From the NCBI RefSeq assembly GCF_036588685.1, contig NC_086386.1, forward strand, positions 17,980,001 to 18,044,000: 64,000 nucleotides of DNA, in the 5' to 3' direction. This document shows positions 39,780 to 53,081 of this stretch, piece by piece; position 1 is the stretch's first letter, and every line of letters begins with the position of its first letter. The translations under genes and the position numbers were made by a program. The notes beneath the pieces are model-generated. The model saw nothing but the letters and a program-made list of their open reading frames with translations, did no database searches and had not been told where the DNA came from. This DNA is from Mytilus trossulus. Its lineage: Eukaryota.

Positions 39780-40110
39780 CAAGGTCTTGGTATCCTATCC
39801 TTTGCTCCGATGCTTTGCTAGTGATGTTTTTCAAAGTCTGAGTAGTAGCTGCAAGTTTTTGAATACCGAATGAATTAGGAAATATGTAACCCATACGCAG
39901 GTGAAGTTGGTATATTGCTACTTTGGTTCGGGAAATGGATAATTTCAAAACTAAAATAGTATCGTTTGTCATAGATTCTGTTTCTGAAGTTTATCTTCTT
40001 GTTTTTAACATGTATCTGAAGGAACTCTGATTTTTATGAAACCAGAGCAGGTCGGCAAGTAGAGGCGCACAGTTCGTTTCCATAGGAATGACGACAATTT
40101 TAAGAAAAAT
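39780..40110 (-). mobile_element. Decayed Penelope-like element reverse transcriptase fragment
   Basis: Minus-strand translations KIVVIPMETNCAPLLADLL (cf. Q..GIPMGTNCAPLLADL) and RIYDKRYYFSFEIIHFPNQSSNIPTSPAYGLHIS*FIRYSKTCSYYSDF (cf. LYDKRDDF..FP.LSSNIP.SPAYGVYISQLIRY). It contains a stop and lacks the YIDD segment. Confidence 0.8.
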
Positions 40111-41792
40111 TATATCTCTAAATTCAGTTTAAATACGATTTACATACAAAGACAACAGTATAAAGATCAATAAAGAATAAGGATCAAGTAGTAATGTTAA
40201 CAGAAAAGTATACTTATTTTTTTTAATAATTAGATCTAGGTACTAGTAAAACATCATATATATCTCACAAAATAAAATTGAGAAAGGAAATTGGGTATGT
40301 GTCAACGCAACAACCCGATCATATAGAGCAGACAACAGCCGAAGGTCACCAATGGGTCTTCAATGTAGCGAAAAAAAACCCGCACCCGTAGGGGGGTTAA
40401 TATGATTTATGTATTTACAATTGAACATGAGGTACGAACATATCCTATTTGTCTAAATTCATTGTGGTAAATATATTATAAACATTGATGAATAATTAAA
40501 AATATTTGTATGGTTTACTTTTACAAATTGTGACTTGGATGGAGAGTTGTGTCATTGACACGCATACCACGTCTTCATATTTATCTATGTATATAAAAAT
40601 ATGAAGATGGAGTATGACTTTAATGAGACAACTCTCCAAAAGAGACAAAATGACAAATACATTTTTGTACATTAACAATTATAATAGCTCACCGCACAGC
40701 CTTAAAAAATTAGCAAAGCCCATACCGCATATTAGAAGTCTATATAAGGCCCTTAAATGACAAATATAAAACAATGCAAACGAGAAAATCATAACGGCTA
40801 AATTTATGTACAAAATGATGAATGAAAAACAAATGCGTTACACATCAACAAACGACAACCACTGAATAACAGGTTCCTTACGTTGAACAGACACAATGTA
40901 TACAGAATGTGGCGGGGTCAAAACAGTTAGATTGCGCTAAATTCTCCCCCTTTACATAGGACAGTCGTATAAATGGCCCCCTCGTGTAACAGTACAATTT
41001 AAGAACAGACTTTTAAAATCAGTTGAAAAAATATGAATATTTTCGTTGTTAATTAGTTTCAGGTTATTTGCCATTTTCTAGTAATAGGATTCGTCAGGTT
41101 TCTGTCTAGATATTCATGCTTTTTTTATAACTATATAATTACATTAGATGTATGCTTCATTATAATACTTTATTTTGATTGACAAACTGCACATCACGTG
41201 TTATTCCGTACGCAATTGCATCACTCAATTCATGATAACACGTGGTCCCACAATAAAGTGCACAGGTGACTAAAATACAAAAATTTATAATTTATTAAAT
41301 TCGTGTTTTCATGTTCATAGCTAAAAAATGTAATTATAAGTATTGAATGCTTCTTTTTGTAACGTTATAGTGGTGTAAACCCAATAAATTAACAAGAAGA
41401 AGCATTCAATTCTTAAATATATGCGATTAAAGATACTCTACATATGGACTAGCATAAGAGTGCGTTTTTATCGTGTCCGACTATAAAATCATTAAAGGGA
41501 CATAACGCGAAAAAAAAAATCAATGTTCCGTAAAAAATTCTTTGGAAGCGTTTATAAGAACCAACAATTTAATGTAAAATCGTGTAATGAACATTTAATT
41601 TAATTCATTTATAAATCAGTTATATTAATCTAAGGTAAGTAAAACAATTTCTTTGTTCATATACATCGCCATGATTGTAATGACTGTAATGTGTATTATC
41701 GAAACAAACCGGTATATCGGTTTAACACTTCACCTTTGGTGTCATTTTATATGTACACATTTATTTACATTTCAGGTAAACTTGCAAAGAAA

Positions 41793-44700
41793 ATGTCAGG
41801 CAAAAAGTAAGTGTATAAGAAACAATATGAATGATATAAATTGTGTATATAAGATAAAGATTTATAGAATATGAAAGTAGCATATCGCTGATATCAGCAT
41901 ATCATAAACTAAGCTACTAAATAAACGCAACATTGATTTTTTATCTGTTAAGGTGAAGAGTAGAATAAATTAATTACTAAATCAGAGAACTTTTGTCTTT
42001 AACAGGAATGATCATGTCGTTATGTTACGCCCAATTGTATACCAGATTGGATTGTGTCAAATTTTGTTTTGTAAATATGTATATCTCTGACGAAGCTCTT
42101 TGTATATATATATAGAGAGAGAACCTGGGAACAGTATATAGTCAATATATATTTGTTCCTGATAGAATCCTCCAATTTAACAAAAGAAGAATTATTGGGA
42201 ACAACAAGTTATAATTCAGAATAAGATGTCAAAAACAACAAGAGGCTATCAAGAGCCTGAATCGCTCACCTTATTTTTTTTATTAAATCTCTCATCAATG
42301 ATTATTTTGGCTTTTCAATTTATTTAAATGTTCTTTGAATCGTCCTATTTTCTTTAAAATCAAAAAAAATCATTTTCTCCTATGTTCTATTTTAGCTATG
42401 TTTCTTGACATACAAGGAAATAGAATATAAAATTTATACTAGATACTCTGAAACTCATTTAGTCTAAGTTTGGCTGAAATTGATACAGCAGTTTAAAAGG
42501 AGAAGGTTTTTTTTAAAGTGAGTCAACATGGTGAACAAATTTTGAAAAAAATTGTTTAAAGGGCAATAACTCCTTAAGGGATCAATTGACAATTTTGGTC
42601 TAAATGATTTTTTTGTAGATCTTACTTTGCTTAACATTTTTGCTATTAATAGTTTATCTGTATCTATAATAATATTCAAGATAATAACCAAAACTGGCAA
42701 AATTTCTTTAAAATCATCAATTCAGGGGCATTTTACCTGAAAAACCAGTTACCCAATTCGGCTGAAATTTTCAGTACAGGGCAGGTAAACCTTGACCTAA
42801 AAAATACTTTAACTTCTTGTCTTATTTGCTCTAAATGCTGGAGTTTTTGAGATATAAGCCAAAAACTGCATTTTACCCTGTGTTCTATTTTTAGCCATGA
42901 CGGCCATGTTTTTTGACGAAATAGAAAATAAAACACAAAACTTTATTTTATACACCCTACTGATCATTCAGTTGAAGTTTGGTTGAATTTGGTTGAGTAG
43001 TTTTAGAGGAGAAGATTTTTTAAAGTTATAGCAAATATGATGAACAAATTGTGAAAAATTGTCATTAAAGGACAATAACCCCTTAAGGGGTCAATTGACA
43101 ATTGTGGTCTATTAACTTAGTTGTAGATCTTACTTTGCTGATCATTTTTGCTGTTTACAGTTTATCTGTATCTATAATAATATTCAAGATAATGACAAAA
43201 ACTACAAAATTTCCTTAAAATTACATATTAAGTGGCAGCAACCCAACAATGGGTTGTTTGATTCATCTGAAAATTTCAGGGCTGATAGATTTTTACCTAA
43301 ATGAACACCCATGTCAGATTTGCTCTAAATGCTTTCGTTTTTGAGATATAAGCCAAAAACTGCAATTTACCCCCATGTTCTATTTTTAGCCATGGCGGCC
43401 ATGTTTTTTTCACAAAATGGAAAATAAAACACAAACTTTATTCTAGATACCCTAAGGATCATTCAGCTAAAGTTTGGTTGTAATTGGTTCAATTGTTTCA
43501 GAGGAGAAGATCTTTGAAATAGTTTACGACGACAACGACGACGGACGACGACGGACGCCAAGTGATGGCAAAAGCTCACATTTCCTTTTAGGAAAGGTGA
43601 GCTAAAAATGGAAAGAAAATCTTAGTTTTTCAAGATTCAAGATTCAAGATTCAGAGTTTTATTTAGAGTCGATATTCATTAAACTACATAACACAAGCTC
43701 TAGTGAGCTTTTCAAATCGATTTAATAACAAAATACAATACACACATACAAAAGTCATGAAAAACAACACAATTCTAAACATATAATGCATAGTAAGTTA
43801 CCATAATGACATATTTAAGTTAAAGCATATAGTACACTTAAAATATAGGACAAGTTAATAATAAGATTGCACAATTCAGATATTTACACAGAAAATAAAA
43901 ATAAAAATAGAATAGGCATCAACACTAAATGCATGCACTGCACTGGCATGAGCTGTTACTTAGATCCCATGTTTGTACAAATTTTTTGAATTTGTCAAAA
44001 GATGTTTCCACTCGACAATGGTTCGGTAGCTCATTCCAGTTGAAAATCTCAGTATTATTTAAACTTCATTAGCTGACCAGAAAGGAGTGGAATAGGAGTG
44101 GTCCTGATCCCGCAACTCCGGGTTTAAAAACACGAAATTCCGAAATCCCGGTATAAAATTCGAAATCCCGAGGTCCCGAAATCCGAAAAAAAGGATTCCC
44201 GGAACCCGAAAGGGTGAATCTTGAAATCCCGAGCTTAAAAATAACCGATCCCGGAGAACCGATTAAGGTCCTATCCCCCCCTTAGAAAGGTTAAGTGAGC
44301 TATATTTTCTCCAACGTAAATATTTACGAAATTCCTTCTCATTGCAGCTTCGTTGTCAATGAGAATCAAATTTGGACACAATCATCATTTGGGTCTCTTA
44401 TACTTGTGTCCGCTGATCCCTCATGCTAACTTACCAACAATTGCCGAAATGACTAATTTAAAGATAAAACTGACAGTGGTAAAGTGCAAGTTTGGTCCAT
44501 TATTTTTAAACAACAACTAGAGACTAGCAGATAATACTTAATGAGATTTAAAAGACTTATAATTACATACCGAGAAAATACATGAAATATTTTCAGCTGG
44601 ATATTAAATTACAAGAAAAAGATTGTTGATAATTAAATGAACTCGAAACACTTCGAACTGAGCTGTACGTTGCATCTCGATACTTATACGGCAATCTTTC

Positions 44701-47700
44701 GTAACGACGAGTGATAAATGAATATCGCTTGATATTATTAAAATTAGTTAATTCAAAAAGTATACTGAAATTAAAAACCTGAGATGATATCAAGCAATGT
44801 TCAATTGACACTCGTTATGAATCCATTATGATACATATATTATATCTTATGAATCATCCAATATAAGTGTTTTAAAACATGAAGGATGCTACCTATGTAT
44901 TTGAAAAGTAGTGAACAGCCACATCTCCGTTACAATTTAAATTCTTAGAATTAGACGGAAGATACCAATGGGACATTCCATATTTTCTTATTTTAGGGAT
45001 TCGACAAAGCCTAAACTACACAAGACAACGATTAACCATACAGTCGTAAGTATTTGATTCTTTTGAGAACGAGTTCTAATCTATATTGCATGCATTCACT
45101 CGAAAACAAGAAATTTTTAAAAACATATTATCCTAAATATTTGCCACTGCACAGCCAAAAATAAAAATAAAATACTGTCTCAAAGTTTATTTTTCTAGTA
45201 AATTGCTAAACTGCGTGCAACTTGATTTATTGTTGTTTGCCGCTGTCATCTTTTGCTTTTTCTATGAAACCTGATTAATCCTGGTTGGTCATTTAAAAGT
45301 GTCACAGTTCATATTCAAATGCACAGGTGACTTTATTATATCTACATTTATGACACACTATATATACACGATTAATTGATTTAAACGGAGGTTCAAATTG
45401 CTATACATCATGTCAATTGTTGTCTTTAACAGGGGAAACCTGTATACGACTCGAGTGTTGCGAAACGTTTGGATGAAGAAAAGAGGTAGATTCAATATTT
45501 ATTAAAGTCTCACCACTTGTATAACATTATATATTCCAATAAACATATAAAACATTGCGTATAAAATGAAATATTGGATACGATTTATAAAACATATTGT
45601 ATATTAAAACTAACAGTAAAATATCATTAGCTTAGATAGATTAGCTTAGCGGATGCATATATTCTGAAGAAACGAATGAAGCTCAGCTTAACAGAGAAAA
45701 AGAACCACAACACAAAATACATAAGATTTTAAATAACAGATGTTTAAAAACAACATATTTTATATCCCAAATATGAACCACAGGATATTTTGACAGATAA
45801 CAGATATTAATATAAAAAAAATATGATTAGTCTTTTATCATCACTTTTTGATTTGAACTCAAAAATCAAAAGTATTAATAAAATATGTATTACATAATAT
45901 ATTGTTTAGTCGTTGTTATCAGTAATTATACCATCACACAATTTTCTGCGGACTAAACATTGTGCATTTTAAAAAATCTAGGATCACTGCATATGAACAA
46001 AATATGAAATAATATAATATTCCGCAAGTGTTCGTGACACTTGTCAAGGTGCTTATACATTTTTACTCTACCTCTACTTGGCAGATACAGGAAACTTGTT
46101 TTTCTATGTCCTTTTGGGGTAATGAGATACGAGTACAAACTAAAGGGAAAATGAATAACCCATTATTTTTTAGCAATTCTTATTATTTATGGTTTTATAT
46201 AATAGAGAATCGAAGGAGAAAGACAAGCGGATAGAAGAATTGGAAAAGGAATTATCGAGAGTGGAAAAAAAGCTTAAAAAGGAAACAGCTGAAAGAGAAA
46301 AGTTAAACCATGAACATGACAAGATGATATCAGATTTGAAACATGCTCGTGGAAAAAATCTTGATAAAACTTTAAAAGAGGAAAACGACAGACTGAAACA
46401 TGAAGTTGACAAAATAATAATAGAGAAGGAGGATCTTGGAAAAGAAGTCGATCGTTTGAGAACAAAGTTAGTGTTGTTTAAGATTTATAATCAAACAAGT
46501 CAGAGTTCGAACAAAGAATACTAAAAGATGTAAACTTCGATGTCAGCACAAATTAAAAAGAAAGTAACAGTGTATAATAAAGAAAATGTGGTATGATTGC
46601 CAATTTAGACAACTCTTCACTAGAGCAGACTGACAAGGAAATTTACAACTATATATCACTGTACAGCCTTCAACAACGAGCAAATCCCAAACCGCATAGC
46701 CCGCTATAAAAGGCACCGACATGACAAATATAAAACAATTCAAACGACAACATAAATGGAATTGTCAGATAACTGCGAGTACTCTCAGATCTGTTCATCG
46801 TGTGTTTTTGTGTCCGGATGTACAACTACCCGGAAACGTCCACTTGTATTTTTGTTCATCTGATTAGTTAATCCTTTTCAACTGATATTTATAGTTCGTT
46901 CTTATGTTGTACTGTTATACCATTGTCCCAGGTTAGGGGGAGGGTTGAGACATGTAAGTGATCTCCCTCTTATTAATAAATGTTATTGCTAAGAGTTAAC
47001 ACCTTAGATATTATTTATTGAATCCTTAATAATTGATGTTCTGTGGAAATCGAAAAAAACCCACTTAGCAGATGTGTTTTAATTACCTTTCTCACTTTTG
47101 ACCAAATGAGGTATACCAAATCTAAAGTAAGACTGTATTCACATGTCATTTTAGTTTGAGTAAAGTAGCTGGGGACAAAATGATGGACGGCAATCCTTAT
47201 GTAACTGATCTGAGTGACCCAAACCGACCACAGAGATTAGCAGAGAAATTCAACTGTCTATACGATAACTCATGGACTGATGCATACGAAATCCTGTTAG
47301 CGAAGAACAAAGATGAAAAATCCATTTGTGAAATTTTATTGAAAATTTTAGAGGTATGAATTGTTCTGTCCAGAGTATAACTTTTCAATTAATTTAATTA
47401 AGTCGATTTGTTAAAAGTTTTTGAATGTTTTGTTATTTTTTCAGGCATGTTGGAGGTTTTGTTCTGGAGTTTCAAAACACCAGTTTTCCAGTTTACAAAA
47501 AGCTTGTATGGAACCTGTTACAATCTCTGTACGTAAGTTACAAATTCACACTGTAAAGTGTGATTATAAATAACAGTTATTTAGTAGTGTAGTTGGATTC
47601 GTTTTTAATTGTTTACAAGAAGGGGTATTTGGTATTTGGTAAGGGCGACAACCACTGAATAACATGTTCCTGATCTTATAATGCGCTGTAACACTTCAGT

Positions 47701-50674
47701 ACCTGGTTCTGGAAATAGTTTTTGTTCTAGCAAACACGTTTCATCCAGCCACAAAATATATGTTTCTATCCAAGGTTAGGAGTCTCTAAGTCAGACTGAG
47801 TCGTTGTTGTAGTATATAATTTGTGTATTGTATGTAATCAGGCCGTTAGTTGTCTAGCTTGTTTGGGACTTAAATAGGTTGCTATGAGGTGAGGGTGTCG
47901 TGCATTTATAAAGGCAACTACTATGACACAAGTTGATAACTTTTACGTCATTTATTTAAAAGAAAGGATATTGGTATCCACACACAACACAAAATTGTTA
48001 CATGTACAATAAAAAAAATCACAAAAAGTAAACTTAAGAAACAGTGCTTTTATTGTTGATAATCTTCTTTAAATCATAGTTAGACCTTCAACACGGAGCA
48101 GAAACACCTCATCTCACTTTAAGTCTTAGACGACCCCTAGCACCGGTTTTAGTGGAATTATTTGCTAACTGACGATCACGCCACAACTGTGAATTGAAGA
48201 ATAAAGCACAAGAGTTTAATAACTAAAAATAAACCTGACAAAGAAATTAATCATTTGATGTCACGATTTAGCCGAACAATCACTCTGAAGCGTGCTAAAA
48301 CTATACAGATTCAGAAAACCACGGGATACATTGACATATATCATATATAATTGAGAACACCACAAGAAGCAACTGCAAAGGAGTAGGTCCGGTAAGGACC
48401 GAATTTGGTCTCAATTTTCAAGTTCATTTAACGAAAGATTTTGGACACTTTTTAAATCAGTTTATGTGATAGATTTTAACTGATTTAGTCATTAAAAACG
48501 CTCCGATCTAAGCTTCAATATGAAAAATCTATCAAATATGCCAAAAAACGTCACTTTTCAGATGGTTTTTGTCAAAATTGTAATTGTTCATCCTCAACCT
48601 TTATATATATTATGTATTATCATCAAATACAACTAACATTTTAATATTATGAATGAACACGAATGCGGCCACTTTCATTTAAGACGGAAACCGTCTGAAA
48701 TTTAACTAAAATGCTAAAATTTTGAAGATTTCAGTAATTTAGCATGACTTAATGAGGCTAGTACAAAAGATATGTGCATTGCATTGTCAAAAAAAAAACA
48801 TATTTATGTAGCAGAAACATTCTACTTTCCAATAAATAGCGTTATTGAATAACATTACATTTTCACACTTTTGTAAAACTGCTAAATTTTGGGGTCAAAA
48901 AGGGGTCTTACTGAACCTACTCCTTTTAATTTGTAGAGATTTTAGAATACAATAAAAAGAATTCTAGAAATCCCATATTTAGAAAGCATCTTTGTTGTTA
49001 CAAACTGACAGAGATTAAAATATGTGTGTGTGTGTGGGAGGGGGGGAGGTGTTGATTATAAAGCGGCTTTAACAGCAGTTGTTGACTTTTGTCTTAAATC
49101 TACATCAGCATAACAAATACACGATCACGATACATTAATCTTATCAATCTATGAATACTTGTAAATCCCCAAAATTGACAAATCCCCTATTTATAATAAA
49201 CTCCACACACACATTCGAAAATTTAAAAAATCGAACAATTTTTTTTTGTAATGTATATTTTATTATTTTCATATCATTTTCAAATCTCATCTACAAATAA
49301 AGATGCACAAACAAATTATTCTGCTATAAATCCTAAACATATAGTTAACCATACTTGTTACAAATTATAAAATACGAAGTCAGTAACAGAATACAGAGTA
49401 CATCTGCATTGAGGTCTATTTCTTAATAATATTATCAATGCTTGACCATTTTTCTTTTAATCTTATTGCTTTACTGGTAGAGCACAAATTCATAGAGACC
49501 ATGTCAACCCTATAATAATAGTTGAGCCATTCAGTTGCTTCAGCAACAGAAAAAAAATCGAACAATTTAACCTTTTCGTGTGTTTTAAATTTCGTCAATT
49601 TTAAACACATTTTAAAAGATATGACGTTACTGTGTCAATTCTGTAATTTTTGTTTTGAAGACTGAGATGAAAGAAGACTCTGGTGCCTATACAAAACACC
49701 TCACGGACGCAAGACGGTCATGTGCTCGAACGTTTATTCCATTGATGTGTCAGGTAAGACTCTTCATATAGAGATTAGAAATACTCTTTTTATGCCCCAC
49801 CTACGATAGTAGAGGGGCATTATGTTTTCTGGTCTGTGGCTTCGTTCTTTCGTCCGTCTGTGCGTCCGTTCAGGTTAAAGTTTTTGTTCAAGGTTGTTTT
49901 TGATGAAGCTGAAGTCCAATCAACTTGAAACTTAGTACACTTGTTGCTTTTGATATGATCTTTCTAATTTTAAAGCCATATTAGACTTTTGACTTCAATT
50001 TCACGGTCAACTGAACATAGAAAATGAAAATGGGAGTTTCAGGTTAAAATTTTTGGTCAAGGTAGTTTTTGATGAAATTGAAGTCCAATCAACTTGAAAC
50101 TTAGTAAATAATATGTTCCCTATAGTATATTCTTTCTAATTTTAGTGCCAAATTAGATTATTACCAAATTTCACGGTCCATGGAACATGCAAAAGGATAG
50201 TGCGAGTGGGGCATCCGTGTACTTTGGACACATTCTTGTTTATTTATGATTTGAGTCGAGTTTTGAAATTATACATGACGACATTTATTAAGTTTTGATA
50301 GTCAACGATGTGTTCATTTCTTTTCAAGTTTTGATATTCTAAAAACTGTTTAAAAGTTAAATAAAAATGTTTAGCTTTGGTTTTACATTTTTTAATATAG
50401 TTCTTGGATTTTGTAGCACTTTTGGGAAAAGGAAATGAATAAAGACCATAAAAAAGACGAAACATTGAAACCCTATGTAGACGCCTGCCTTGAACTCTTT
50501 TGGTACAGTGCAATTACTGATCCACCTCTATATTATTCATTTACTGCTGATAATCTTGACAACTTCAGGGGATATACAAAAAATGGTGATGAAGTGGACT
50601 TTATTGTATGGCCGGCAATGTATTTGCATGAAAACGGCCCGCTTTTGTATCAAGGAGTAGTCCAATATAAATAG
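41793..50674 (+). CDS. Mieap/SPATA18-like protein, paralog D (~336 aa, 8 coding exons)
   Basis: Exons 41793-41806 (MSGK), 44997-45045, 45433-45485, 46206-46466, 47155-47353 (LSKVAGDKMMDGNPYVTDLSDPNRPQRL), 47445-47528 (ACWRFC), 49661-49753 (DARR), 50417-50674 (YVDACLELFWYSAITDPPL...VWPAMYLHENGPLLYQGVVQYK). Total 1011 nt, in frame. Confidence 0.87.
42237..43608 (-). mobile_element. Helentron-associated non-autonomous element (HINE/DINE-like) with internal ~495-bp tandem repeats
   Basis: Ends AACAAGAGGC...GCTCACCT and GCTCAC...AGGTGAGCTAAAAA. (GACG)n-type microsatellite near 43530-43558. Motif TGTTCTATTTT(T)AGC.ATG recurs at ~42380, 42880 and 43375. Confidence 0.75.
43629..44039 (-). mobile_element. 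5'-truncated LINE (CR1/L2 group) 3' end
   Basis: ORF2 C-terminus WNELPNHCRVETSFDKFKKFVQTWDLSNSSCQCSACI*, followed by a 3' UTR and a (TTGAATC)n tail. Probable TSD GAAAATCTTAGTTTT (43615) / GAAAATCTCAGTATT (44042). Confidence 0.8.
48377..48926 (+). mobile_element. MITE with AAAGGAGTAGG TIRs (intact copy), in an intron of paralog D
   Basis: AAAGGAGTAGGT... and ...ACCTACTCCTTT. Homologous to 29002-29821. Confidence 0.8.
49787..50241 (+). mobile_element. Helentron-associated element (HINE) with two ~169-bp internal repeats
   Basis: TTTTTATGCCCC...GGGGCAT 5' hairpin, CGTC/CGTT microsatellite, repeats starting TTCAGGTTAAA at ~49869 and ~50038, and 3' end GGGGCAT...TTCTTGTTT. Confidence 0.75.
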
Positions 50675-52104
50675 AATGATAAGAGATAATTGTATTTCAT
50701 CATACAATTATGTCTCTTATTAATGGATTTGATATTATTTAGTACGAATCTAGGTGACTGTGTTTATTGCACAGTTGTTTCATAGCATTTTCTTTACAGT
50801 TTATTATTTTGAAATAATTTTACCAATAACCTTTGTATGTTTTTGTATTACAAGTGTCGAGACTAATGAAATATCAAATTTTCAATCTTGAATTCACGTT
50901 GCAGCTTGTTGTTTCGAATCATAATGCACACACATGAAAACATAAAAGTTTCATAGTGTTTGTTTAAACAAATACATGTATGTGCTTCATCAACACCCAT
51001 TTCCATTTGTCTATAAAGTTTCTGACAAATTACTTGATAGTCCACCAAATAATCATGATTACTGTCATATAAACAGTAAAGTTAACAACTATTTGGTTTT
51101 CCTCTCAATCAATGTGTTTTCATTTTCGTCCAGTTTTGACAACGATGATCCCTTGATAGCAAAAGAAGTCCAGAATTGATACTATTTTCATCGTGTACCT
51201 TTGCCAAATACATACGTAGACAGCCTATCATGTGTGGCTTTATATGATATTTGTTTTTCGTTTATTATTTGTAAATATATCATGCTGTTAGTTTCTCCTT
51301 TACGTTTGTCGTTTTTGGGTCTCTCATCGCTGACTATGCGGTATGGTTTTTACTAATTTTTGATGACCGTACGGTGACCTATAGTTATTATTTTCGATAT
51401 CATTTGGTCTCTTGTGGAGAGTTGTTTCAGTGGCAATCATACCACTGTGACATCTTCTTTTTTTATATATACATAACGTGCCTTGATTGGTGTTCCTAAA
51501 GTCCAAGGAAGAGACACATCTTCTATTTAGATATTGTTACCAAACATATAATTAACATGCCTTTATCCGTAAGGCTTATTAAGTCTTCCAAACATGGATG
51601 TTACAACAGTTTTTTACACTGCCACATTTCCTTGTGATTTAAAAAACTGCTTCAAAATCTTAAACTAGGTTTAAAAAAACGTTATTTCCGCATAAACGTT
51701 TTGGTAGTGAAAACGTTTTTGAAATCTTTTAAAGTACTCCACACAGGCTTTTGGGTTGGATAGCATAGTTATGTGTAATAGTAAAACCATGAGCACTTTA
51801 CTCATGTATTCTACAACAAAGAGAGGGGACACATACACCCCCTCCCCAAGAAGTCTTTGCACTAGCTAATAATAAACTTGTGCATCTATATGTCTATACC
51901 GTGGCAAAACTGTGCATGTCAGCTTCAAAAGAATGAAAATACCGAACTCAAAATAATTCAAAAGATAGGGAAGTTAATAAAAACTGAGAAAAGCAGACGT
52001 TATCAACCAACGGTACGAGTTAACAAATAGTTGTCATATTCCTGACTTGGTGCAGACAATTTCCGAAAGAAAACGGTTGGTTAAACCTGATTTTACAAAT
52101 AGAC

Positions 52105-52504
52105 TTTTATTTTGAATTGCTATAAAAATATCCGAACTAAGCTTTTATATAGTTTTTCTTTCGAAAAGTATTCTATATTCATAAGAATCACACATTATGT
52201 GAATAAAAACATTTCATATTCAGTAAAATATTTGTGAAATTGCAATATGTTTGTAAGAAGGGGAGATAATTGTTTTTTTGGTTTCAATAAGTCCTTATTC
52301 AAAAGAATAGTATTTTAGCATTGTTTAGGTTATCTCCCCAAGGAAACTTATCAATAGCATATTGTTATTTCACATATATTTTACTAAATATATGATGTAT
52401 TATTTTAAATGATATATATAATTCTTATAAATATAAAATCCTTTTCGAAAGAAAAACTATATAAAAGCTTAGTTTGGACATTTTTATAGCAATTCAAAAT
52501 AAAA
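52105..52504. repeat. ~400-bp fold-back inverted repeat between convergent paralogs D and E
   Basis: TTTTATTTTGAATTGCTATAAAAAT...TTTCTTTCGAAAAG, with its reverse complement ending at 52504. Confidence 0.8.
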
Positions 52505-53081
52505 CAATTGACCTTTAGTATGGTAATGGCTATAATATAACTATACAGATTGATAGACAGATTTAGTAACTACATCAACACAGTGGAGTTAAAGTCTTAT
52601 AGGATTGTAAGTATGTTTTATTTTATCACCTTACACTTTTACATTTTGACTGAAAAATTCGTTCAAATTTCTGACCAGTTGAACAATTTGGTTTAATAAA
52701 AAAAATTGCAATTTTGGCAAAATTTTGAATGAGTTGCAATTGGTGGAGAGCAACACTAACAGTCAAGTCACTGTAACAATATCTGATATTCTTATTTCGA
52801 CAATAAAAATATATTTTTGTAAAAAAAATAACAGCTCCCCTCTCCCCCCAAAAAACAGACCCCAAAAAAACGAGAAGCATAACTCAATACTTTGAGGGAT
52901 TTTCTGCACTGTAACAAAAAATCTATTATTTTTTCATTTTCCTCCAGCATTGTCTAAAAATGTCATGTGCAATGAAATAATTAAACTTGATATAACAGTT
53001 TAATAAATTTACTGGAGACGTGATTATTTCTAAATGCCGAAAAAAAAATCAGACTACATTATTAATTCAACAATATTTATT

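Noticed and set aside
39724-39972. 82-aa ORF as a host gene
   Set aside because: Off-frame reading of the decayed Penelope-like RT fragment.
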